Source: an uncultured Muribaculaceae bacterium (GTDB lineage Bacteria > Pseudomonadota > Alphaproteobacteria > Rs-D84). Taken from it: DNA of 64,000 nt. Both the position numbers and the translations under genes were made by a program. The notes under the pieces were generated by a model. The model ran no database searches and was not told the origin of the DNA. It saw nothing but the letters and a program-made list of their open reading frames with translations. The stretch spans positions 163 through 64,162 of the forward strand of contig CAZUED010000003.1 in assembly GCA_964619545.1 (NCBI GenBank), in the 5' to 3' direction. This document shows, piece after piece, positions 54,591 through 61,421 of this stretch. Within the stretch, counting starts at the first letter, position 1. Each line of letters opens with the position of its first letter.

Positions 54591-56315
54591 TTAGATTAAA
54601 TACCAGCCTTCTACTGATATGCCCAGTATGCTTACAGGTAATGGTTCGCTACCCGATATAGTCCAAAGAGGACAGGTAGTATCGTCAATTGTTCCCAATG
54701 AACCTACAGAAACATCTCCGCAGTATCCAGGCGAGTCTACACCAAGTGCATCATTTGGAAGTTGTGCACGAACTGCATTTATAAATAAAGATTTGGTATT
54801 CAGGCATCGTGCGGAAATTTTATGCACTCGAATTTTTTTCGGAGCTCGTCCACTGGCGAATAAAGGCATCGCAGCAGCCGTATGTGAAAATCCGAATTGA
54901 CCAGAATCAAGAGTTTCTGCTGCTGAAAATTTTTCTATGAATACGCCTGATTCGCGCGCGACTATTACAAATGTTTCACCATTCAGCACAGCGACAGATT
55001 TGAATGATCCCAGTGTTTTGTAGATGCCCCAGGCAGAAATTTCCAATGCCGAGTTTTTATTCAGTACTGCCATGGAACCATCTGTCATCACCACAAACAA
55101 CTGGCGTGTTTTATCATTATATGCCAGATCCACGGGATGCTTCATCAAGTGACCGGAAATCGCGCACAAGTTTGGTGCATTGTAGTTTTCACCTAACTCA
55201 TCCATAATCATTTCTCTGATTTCGTTGCCACCTTTGGAAACAAAAATAGTGCTGCGGTCTATCTTTTGTGGCTGCAGATAAATCGAAGAAATACTTCCTG
55301 CATTGGTATGTTGTCTGATGTCCATGGATGATGGAGTTAATGGTTTTGCGCTGATTGCCCATTCGCCTGCTGTGGTTAAAATTTGTAAATTATCGCTGGA
55401 TACAACCGTGCAAATTTGTTGGCGTGCAGATGAAAGCAGTGTCAGAAAAATGGCTTGGTCATCCAATCCTGTTTCAGCATTAAAGTTTTGATGATCACCA
55501 ACGCATGACATCCAAACCCCACATGGCCACGCGCGCGAACCCCCAAATACCAATCGGTCCTGATGAAAAGTGATGCTGCGTGGCCATCCGCGGCGGACAC
55601 CAAATGCGGCTTCGCGCCAATCAGAAATTGCCGCACTGGGCAGCGAGTAAGTTCCATTAGTGTATGCAACGATAGTGGTAGAATTTACATACTCGTAAAT
55701 GACCCATTGCTTACCCATCAAGTAAAGTCTGCCATTGAGATTTTCAGGTGTCCAAAAAGCGGCACTGGCAGTAAAAGTAGCATAGTTATTCCCATTCGCA
55801 TTACTTGATACAGAAATTTTTATACCAGCTGCATCGTCAAATTTCATAAATGGCATATTTCGTGACATATCATCGTTTGTTGAAAAATCAAATGTGGACA
55901 GATAAAACGCGCCACCTGTTTTTTTCAGAACTCGTGGCTGAAAATCCTGATGCACGAAAATCATGGTATCAAAACGTTGCGCATATTGCATGTTACACAA
56001 TGCATCCGCGCCCCAAGGCGAGATCAAGGCCTGGACCATATTCTGACCATCATAAATTTTCATCTGACCATCAGAAATAGCCAGCATATAATTTTCTGAA
56101 TCGGAAATAGAAAAAGGAATCAAAATTGCACCATTTTTTGTCGCAGCAATCCGAATTGTTCCATTCCGCCGTGAAATAGCCCCCGATGCCAAGACATCCA
56201 TATTTTCCATACGCGACAAGCCGCGGGATGAAACATCCAAATCACCACGCGCAAAAAATTCTGGCGATACTTCCCCCAATGCGAAAGAGTTCTGATTGTG
56301 AATAAATTTTCCCAT
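54591..56315 (-). CDS. T7 gp12-like tail tubular protein B (nozzle)
   Basis: N-terminus HNQNSFALGEVSPEFFARGDLDVSSRGLSRMENMDVLASGAISRRNG parallels T7 gp12 (NLKGGISQQPDILRYPDQGSRQVNGW...GLQKRP); C-terminus PVSILGISVEGWYLI parallels NIIGCGWEGNYL; beta-rich. Confidence 0.6.
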   Translation of the reverse strand: MGKFIHNQNSFALGEVSPEFFARGDLDVSSRGLSRMENMDVLASGAISRRNGTIRIAATKNGAILIPFSISDSENYMLAISDGQMKIYDGQNMVQALISPWGADALCNMQYAQRFDTMIFVHQDFQPRVLKKTGGAFYLSTFDFSTNDDMSRNMPFMKFDDAAGIKISVSSNANGNNYATFTASAAFWTPENLNGRLYLMGKQWVIYEYVNSTTIVAYTNGTYSLPSAAISDWREAAFGVRRGWPRSITFHQDRLVFGGSRAWPCGVWMSCVGDHQNFNAETGLDDQAIFLTLLSSARQQICTVVSSDNLQILTTAGEWAISAKPLTPSSMDIRQHTNAGSISSIYLQPQKIDRSTIFVSKGGNEIREMIMDELGENYNAPNLCAISGHLMKHPVDLAYNDKTRQLFVVMTDGSMAVLNKNSALEISAWGIYKTLGSFKSVAVLNGETFVIVARESGVFIEKFSAAETLDSGQFGFSHTAAAMPLFASGRAPKKIRVHKISARCLNTKSLFINAVRAQLPNDALGVDSPGYCGDVSVGSLGTIDDTTCPLWTISGSEPLPVSILGISVEGWYLI

Positions 56316-56842
56316 TAGAACCTCGTTGATATAAGTGAAAAGTCAGGTATGTCATTGCTGGGTGACACAGTGCTGTCTATGAATTTTGCCGCGCGCAGCT
56401 CGGATTCAAACAATGCTGCAATGGTGCGTAATAAATTCTGGTCGCCGGTCAATGGCATACAGAATTCCCGTGCAAGTTGCAATGCAGCGACATTTGAAAA
56501 ATATGAAGGATAATTTTCTGGTCCCATTCGCACAACAGCAGTGATTGAAATTTTATCGGCCGGTGCAGAAATTCTGTTCCCGCTAGTTTGATAAAGCAAG
56601 CAATCACAATCCAAAACACGAAGAATTTCTACTGGCAAAAGAAAATCACCATCTGTGGTCTTGCTTAAATTGAATTTTTTCTGGGCAAATTTCCACGGAT
56701 GCGACGCCAGCAAAGAATCAATCGTAGTATCAAATAGGGTCTTTGCGACTTTGGCTGCAGCACTATCGTCGTTAAAAGACTGAATGGGATTTTCACCAAT
56801 TTTCAATAAAGCAATAGAACACAGATCAATTTTAGTAAGCAT
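56315..56842 (-). CDS. T7 gp11-like tail tubular protein A / adaptor
   Basis: DLCSIALLKIGENPIQSFNDDSAAAKVAKTLFDTTIDSLLASHPWKFA matches the characteristic N-terminal pattern of this family; stop overlaps the next start. Confidence 0.6.
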   Translation of the reverse strand: MLTKIDLCSIALLKIGENPIQSFNDDSAAAKVAKTLFDTTIDSLLASHPWKFAQKKFNLSKTTDGDFLLPVEILRVLDCDCLLYQTSGNRISAPADKISITAVVRMGPENYPSYFSNVAALQLAREFCMPLTGDQNLLRTIAALFESELRAAKFIDSTVSPSNDIPDFSLISTRF

Positions 56843-56865
56843 GGGGAACTCCTGACTTTTAACTT

Positions 56866-57108
56866 TTATGCCAAAGCACTGGTTGTTACATTCTGGGATG
56901 TGATGTTAATTTTTTTGATTACGGTGTTGTCGGAAGCATTGATAATTACAATGTCGCCAATATTCATCAAAGTGCGGACCGGATTAAAAAAACCAGTAGT
57001 ACTGATGGTCGCAATACTTTCTTGGGCGGCATAGTGCCACAGAGTAAATCCATTTGCATACGCAATAACGGACAAGTTTTTGTTTTGGAAATACATGAAA
57101 AACTCCAT
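56866..57108 (-). CDS. small hypothetical phage protein (80 aa)
   Basis: ORF 56866-57150, start taken at MEFFMYFQ...; sits between the capsid and gp11-like genes. Confidence 0.45.
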   Translation of the reverse strand: MEFFMYFQNKNLSVIAYANGFTLWHYAAQESIATISTTGFFNPVRTLMNIGDIVIINASDNTVIKKINITSQNVTTSALA

Positions 57109-57112
57109 TGTT

Positions 57113-57180
57113 TGAGGGATGAAGGAGGAAGTTTGAGGTAAAAAAATCAATAAAACTAAAACCTAATCCTTCATCCCTCA
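57113..57180. repeat. 14-bp perfect inverted repeat built from heptamers, just downstream of the capsid gene
   Basis: tgagggatgaagga (57113-26) is the reverse complement of tccttcatccctca (57167-80); 40-nt loop with further pairing; no T-run after it on the transcribed strand. Confidence 0.7.
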
Positions 57181-57188
57181 TTCTTTAA

Positions 57189-58004
57189 TTATTCGGCGCA
57201 ATTGATTTTGACGATCCCGTCCTGATCAATCAGCACGCTGCCCTGGGACATGCTGTTGCTGATAAAGTGCGCAGCGCGTTCGCCATTCCAAAAGATGTCA
57301 GATTTGACTTCTTGGCCACATGCATGACCGATAGCGGACGAGTGATACATAAAGCACTTACGCATATTGGTACCGGTTGGCAGGCCGTTATGCATAATCC
57401 AATTGATGCCCAACCACTTACGCAGTTCGAATCCACCAATCAAAGGTGTTTCGTTGCCGACGTATTCAGCCGAAACGAATTCATCCATAGACAAAAGCTC
57501 ATTCCACTGATGAACACCGACGACGCAGAATCTGCGACCATCGTCAGGAACGTCTTTAGAGTTCAATGCTTCGACCGCGGACAAAATAATTTCTTTGGTC
57601 AAAGCGGCAGTTCCATCTCCGACAGCGGTTGTTGCATTGGCCATAGATGTTATAATCAGCTCGTCAGTCTTGCGACCCAATGCATATGCACCTGCGCTTG
57701 CGACAACCCGACGTTCATCAATGTTGATTTTTAATTCATCCAAAGCATCAACCCAATCGCCCGCATAATAGTCCTGCAATACGCATTCAACAGGCTCGTG
57801 GTCCAAGTTCATGACAGGAACTAATCCGTGGCGAGATTTGGTAGTGGCAGTACCACGACCAACTTTTTGGAAAGTTGTACTGCTGCCTATAACGCCGGAT
57901 TTACTGCGTATTGTGTTGCGAAGCTTTGTCCCCATTTGTTGATAAGCAAGATGAACATCGGCCTCGAATTGTTTTACGAATATCTGGTCTATTGATTCAG
58001 ACAT
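57189..58004 (-). CDS. T7-like (HK97-fold) major capsid protein, 271 aa
   Basis: FVKQFEADVHLAYQQMGTKLRNTIRSKSGVIGSSTTFQKVGRGTA...LDELKINIDERRVVASAGAYALGRKTDELII parallels the T7 gp10 N-terminal pattern; strong SD aaggag. Confidence 0.7.
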   Translation of the reverse strand: MSESIDQIFVKQFEADVHLAYQQMGTKLRNTIRSKSGVIGSSTTFQKVGRGTATTKSRHGLVPVMNLDHEPVECVLQDYYAGDWVDALDELKINIDERRVVASAGAYALGRKTDELIITSMANATTAVGDGTAALTKEIILSAVEALNSKDVPDDGRRFCVVGVHQWNELLSMDEFVSAEYVGNETPLIGGFELRKWLGINWIMHNGLPTGTNMRKCFMYHSSAIGHACGQEVKSDIFWNGERAAHFISNSMSQGSVLIDQDGIVKINCAE

Positions 58005-58023
58005 AGTTTCTCCTTTTTGATTG

Positions 58024-58049
58024 AAAAAAACCGGACATTATTGTCCGGT
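58024..58049 (-). terminator. rho-independent terminator ~20 nt upstream of the capsid start codon
   Basis: minus strand reads gaccggaca-ataa-tgtccggt + ttttttt, then caatcaaaaaggagaaactATG. Confidence 0.6.
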
Positions 58050-58264
58050 CATAAATAATTTGTTTTTCAGGTTCCGCGCAAAAGCGCGCCGTAAAAACAA
58101 ATATGCGGGTTCGTCAGAATTGTATGTCTTTTTCTGATGCTATGTTTTGCCTTATTATATACCAATTGTCCTTAAATCCGTTTTAGTGGTAGTTGCGAGA
58201 AAACAGCACATTACAGCACTTCATAGGTTGTAATGGGGCATTTTAGCACTAGAAAAGCGGTAAT

Positions 58265-58292
58265 AAAAAATCCCGCTTTGCGGGATTTTTTA
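58265..58292 (-). terminator. rho-independent terminator after the KPAAKK-repeat gene
   Basis: tcccgc-ttt-gcggga hairpin with flanking A and T runs, 20 nt past the stop codon. Confidence 0.7.
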
Positions 58293-58311
58293 TTTCAATA
58301 ATGTAATTACA

Positions 58312-58764
58312 TTATTTCTTTTTAGCAACTGGCTTTTTCGCCGGGGCTTTCTTAGCAACAGGCTTTTTAGCAGCTGGTTTTTTCGCAGCTGGCTTTTTCG
58401 CCGGGGCTTTCTTAGCGACAGGCTTTTTGGCAACCGGCTTTTTAACCGCAACTTTCTTAGCAGCAGGTTTTTTAGCAGCAGGTTTTTTAGCAGCAGGTTT
58501 CTTTGCCATTGGCTTTTTAGCAACAGGTGCTTTTACTGCCAATTTCATAACTTTTTTTGCAGCTGGTTTTTTTGCTGGAGCTTTCTTAGCAACAGGCTTT
58601 TTAGCGGCAACTTTTTTTACAGCTGGTTTTTTTGCAACTGCTTTTTTCACAGCTGGTTTTTTAGCAGCAGGTTTTTTAGCAGCTGGTTTTTTTACAACGG
58701 GCTTTTTAGCAGCTGGTTTTGCAGTTGCTTTCTTTGCCGCTGGTTTCAAGAATGAAAATGCCAT
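58312..58764 (-). CDS. histone H1-like Lys/Ala/Pro-repeat protein (150 aa)
   Basis: MAFSFLKPAAKKATAKPAAKKPVVKKPAAKK... is almost entirely (A/V)KKPAAKKP repeats; strong SD aaggaaggagaag before the ATG at 58764; own terminator. Confidence 0.7.
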   Translation of the reverse strand: MAFSFLKPAAKKATAKPAAKKPVVKKPAAKKPAAKKPAVKKAVAKKPAVKKVAAKKPVAKKAPAKKPAAKKVMKLAVKAPVAKKPMAKKPAAKKPAAKKPAAKKVAVKKPVAKKPVAKKAPAKKPAAKKPAAKKPVAKKAPAKKPVAKKK

Positions 58765-58876
58765 TCTCTTCTCCTTCCTTTTTTTGTTTTTATAGAACAA
58801 AAAATTTTTGTTCTTGATTACATTTTATCTGAAACAAAAAAATTAGTAAAGCGAAAAGAAAAAAATTACATAAAAT

Positions 58877-59530
58877 TTATGAATATAATTTTTTGAAACC
58901 AGTTTCTATTTTACGAATATATTCTGAATCATGATCACGCCAATATTTTGGATCTTTCATCATGTTGCGTAATTCATTATCAGATAGTTTTTCTGATGCA
59001 TGATTTCCAGTTGCAACATCTGGTTCCATTGATTGCATCATTTTATAAATGCTTTGGATTCCCTGGGGTGTAGAGCACAATGACTCAAATGCATCAGATG
59101 GTAAAAACTTTTCACCGAATGCATTGATAGCCTGCATGGCATCTTTCATCTTTTCTTCGCTACCGAAAAAATTTTGTAATGTGGCGATTGATTCTGACTG
59201 GGCGCGCAAAGAGAAAATTTCTGACAATGCTGGGGATAAAAATTCTTCAGCTATCGAATAAATTTTTTCAACTTGCTTTGGAGTCAATCCTGCATCAAAA
59301 AATTTTTTGCGAATCGTTTCATCATCAAACATCGGATTTGATGGATATTCGTCAGCAGTCTTTGGAACCCCCAATGTGCGCATAAATTTTTCACGTGAAT
59401 TTTCGTCGGCATCTTCGCCTGGGATGGATACCATGGTCCCGATTTTCTTTTCCAGTTCGGAATAAGACTTAATCAAAGCATCGCTGTTTAATGTTCCATC
59501 ATCGTTTTGGAATTTTTCTGGAATTTGCAT
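58877..59530 (-). CDS. phage scaffolding (capsid assembly) protein
   Basis: MQIPEKFQNDDGTLNSDALIKSYSELEKKIG is a typical N-terminus of podovirus scaffold proteins; helical and acidic; SD aaagggga before the ATG at 59530. Confidence 0.6.
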   Translation of the reverse strand: MQIPEKFQNDDGTLNSDALIKSYSELEKKIGTMVSIPGEDADENSREKFMRTLGVPKTADEYPSNPMFDDETIRKKFFDAGLTPKQVEKIYSIAEEFLSPALSEIFSLRAQSESIATLQNFFGSEEKMKDAMQAINAFGEKFLPSDAFESLCSTPQGIQSIYKMMQSMEPDVATGNHASEKLSDNELRNMMKDPKYWRDHDSEYIRKIETGFKKLYS

Positions 59531-59720
59531 TCTTTCCCCTTTGAGTTGATTTGCGTAAGAAATATATCCCCGCAAGAGTAAAAATTGAATTCATAGTCGT
59601 AAAAACATTTTCATCACCAACAAGATATGCCGTGATTGCGGATAAAATTCCAACGCCGGAAATTATGTAAGTCCGTTGTCCTGCAAAGAATCCGCCACTT
59701 AAAATTTTTGACATTCGCAT
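59499..59720 (-). CDS. small 2-TM membrane protein with a basic C-tail (holin-like)
   Basis: two hydrophobic segments (IISGVGILSAITAYLV, IFTLAGIYFL) and the tail RKSTQRGKNANSRKIPKR; ggag SD; immediately follows the hydrolase gene. Confidence 0.45.
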   Translation of the reverse strand: MRMSKILSGGFFAGQRTYIISGVGILSAITAYLVGDENVFTTMNSIFTLAGIYFLRKSTQRGKNANSRKIPKR

Positions 59721-59737
59721 AAAAAACTCCGTTCAGG

Positions 59738-60148
59738 TTATTTATAGAAAAGCAGCCCATCAATATCTGCAATACTTCCTTTATCTGTTGCCCAATCTGG
59801 CAAAATGTCTTCGCGATGAAATCGAACTGCGCTACGAACAGAATCAGGCAGTTTCCCATTAATCATTCTTTTTAAGACACGCAAACACATTTGGAATTTT
59901 GGGTCATCTTCGGAAATTAAAAGATCGCTGTGGCGGGAAGATTCTTTTTGCAAACATTCAAATAAAGATTCGTCCGCTGCAATACAAGAAAAAGGCTGCA
60001 TAGATTGTTGATAAATATTTCCAATCATAGACGCCATGGCTTCAACCGCTGGCAAACTTGACGTGCGCGTTTCGGCATAAATAATTTTTCCCAGTTGGAC
60101 AAGTATTGTTTTTTCATCCTGAAACTCATTACGAGGCATTGTTTGCAT
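59738..60148 (-). CDS. SleB/Hydrolase_2-like cell-wall hydrolase (endolysin candidate)
   Basis: LGKIIYAETRTSSLPAVEAMASMIGN and ...AVRFHREDILPDWA...ADIDGLLFYK follow the SleB-type pattern common in alphaproteobacterial phages and GTAs; SD aggaag before the ATG at 60148. Confidence 0.5.
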   Translation of the reverse strand: MQTMPRNEFQDEKTILVQLGKIIYAETRTSSLPAVEAMASMIGNIYQQSMQPFSCIAADESLFECLQKESSRHSDLLISEDDPKFQMCLRVLKRMINGKLPDSVRSAVRFHREDILPDWATDKGSIADIDGLLFYK

Positions 60149-60205
60149 TCGGACTTCCTTTGTATAAGAAAGACCCGCGCAGCAATGCACGGGTCAAAAT
60201 AACAT

Positions 60206-60228
60206 AAAAAAAACGCGCATGGGCGCGA
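60206..60228 (-). terminator. rho-independent terminator after birA
   Basis: cgcgc-atgg-gcgcg hairpin followed on the minus strand by a T-run. Confidence 0.6.
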
Positions 60229-60292
60229 TTAAATTTTTATTGTTTGATAGATTAATCATATCACAAAATCACAAAAAAAGCAACAAGAAAAA

Positions 60293-60976
60293 TTAAATGC
60301 TGATCTCGTCCCCATATGCCATTATGTATTCTTGTCCAGCGCGCAGCACCAATGCGCCATCATCATTCAGTCCGCATAAAACTGCCTGGCGTCCACGATA
60401 GGTAATAGTTTCGTTCAGATTTGCTGCCAAATCCATCCATCTATTTTTAACAATGACGAAGCCGCGAGATAACCAAATATCCATCTGTTTTGCCAAGGTT
60501 GCCAATAATTCGTCGCGAGAAATCTGGTTTGTATAATCTGAAACTTTAGTTGTTTGGTAATCAGCTCTTACACTGGGATTTGATTTAATGTTTATTCCAA
60601 TTCCGATTATTACAAATTCTTTGGCATATTCGATTAAAATCCCACTAATTTTTTTGCCATCTATTAAAATGTCATTAGGCCATTTTATTTGTGGCTGTAT
60701 ACCGAAAGAAATTAAAGTTTCTGCAACAGCAACGGCAACAGCGTATGAAAGTCTGGGCTCGCGATTTTCGATTTTATAAATAAAGCTGGCATACAGATTG
60801 CCATGATGAGAAACCCAAGTGCGACGATAGCGTCCGCGACCATTACTTTGTGAATCAGCTAAAATAATGGTGCGATCGGTTGCGTTTCCCAAACGAATCA
60901 AGTCCTGGGCATACGATTGAGTGCTGGGAATTTTATCAAAAGAGATAAGTTTATAATTTATATTTTCCACCTTCAT
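60293..60976 (-). CDS. birA: biotin--[acetyl-CoA-carboxylase] ligase (no N-terminal HTH)
   Basis: GRGRYRRTWVS (GRGRxGRxW) and KWPNDILIDGKKISGILIE. Confidence 0.9.
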   Translation of the reverse strand: MKVENINYKLISFDKIPSTQSYAQDLIRLGNATDRTIILADSQSNGRGRYRRTWVSHHGNLYASFIYKIENREPRLSYAVAVAVAETLISFGIQPQIKWPNDILIDGKKISGILIEYAKEFVIIGIGINIKSNPSVRADYQTTKVSDYTNQISRDELLATLAKQMDIWLSRGFVIVKNRWMDLAANLNETITYRGRQAVLCGLNDDGALVLRAGQEYIMAYGDEISI

Positions 60977-61358
60977 TTTTTATAAATTCTTTTCCAAAGA
61001 TTTTACGCAGCTGATAGATTGTCGTGCCCACCGCGTTTGTTGCGGCGCCTGGTGCATAGCCTAACTGCTGTTGCAGTTCACCGGCGTTTGCACCAAATGC
61101 GCCCGCGTGGTGCAGTGCAATAATTATTTTTTTCTGCGAACCTGAAAGAGTTGTAACACCGCAGATTTTTTTAATAATTGATACTTCGCGTGCATCACGC
61201 AGACGCAAAATTTCGGCTTTTAATTCAGCGGGAGAAAGTTTTTTATTTGCGGAAAAAATTACATCAGCAGATTCGCGTGCAGCAAACCCCGCGCCCAGGT
61301 CGGTCAGAATCCCGCGCCAAACCATATCATCAGTCCAAATCGTAATTCCATTAAACAC
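60951..61358 (-). CDS. OmpR/PhoB-type winged-helix DNA-binding domain protein without a receiver domain
   Basis: C-terminal LSGSQKKIIIALHHAG...NAVGTTIYQLRKIFGKEFIKNEGGKYKL matches the Trans_reg_C pattern; start uncertain. Confidence 0.5.
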   Translation of the reverse strand: MFNGITIWTDDMVWRGILTDLGAGFAARESADVIFSANKKLSPAELKAEILRLRDAREVSIIKKICGVTTLSGSQKKIIIALHHAGAFGANAGELQQQLGYAPGAATNAVGTTIYQLRKIFGKEFIKNEGGKYKL

Positions 61359-61395
61359 TGATTAGATTATAGACTAAAAAATCCCGCTGCCGCAA

Positions 61396-61420
61396 ATAAA
61401 AATCGCCCATACGGGCGACT
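61396..61420 (-). terminator. rho-independent terminator after ppdK
   Basis: tcgccc-atac-gggcga hairpin followed on the minus strand by a T-rich run. Confidence 0.6.
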
Positions 61421-61421
61421 T

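Larger units (their letters stand above)
48415..60190 (-). mobile_element. incomplete T7-like (podovirus-type) phage-derived region, interrupted at 49657-53074
   Basis: co-directional lysis, scaffold, capsid, gp11-like, gp12-like, fibre N-domain and terminase genes in T7 order; no portal, core, replication, RNAP or integrase genes; one clear pseudogene. Confidence 0.65.

Noticed and set aside
54591-56315. The 574-aa protein as the missing portal
   Set aside because: Its N- and C-terminal patterns parallel T7 gp12 (nozzle), not gp8. It follows a gp11-like gene and looks beta-rich rather than like a helical portal. A profile or structure search should confirm this.
57189-58004. The 271-aa HK97-fold-like protein as an encapsulin shell
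   Set aside because: It is flanked by scaffold, tail-adaptor, nozzle, fibre and terminase genes in T7 order, and its N-terminal pattern matches T7-type capsids.
58427-58795. 122-aa plus-strand ORF (GFLAAGF repeats)
   Set aside because: It is the mirror image of the KPAAKK gene. It lacks an SD or terminator and runs against the direction of all neighbouring genes.
58312-58800. Regular 15/30-nt DNA periodicity that could be taken for a CRISPR-like array
   Set aside because: The repeats are contiguous with no unique spacers. They lie in one long ORF with SD, start and terminator, and translate to KPAAKK repeats, so this is a coding tandem repeat and not CRISPR.
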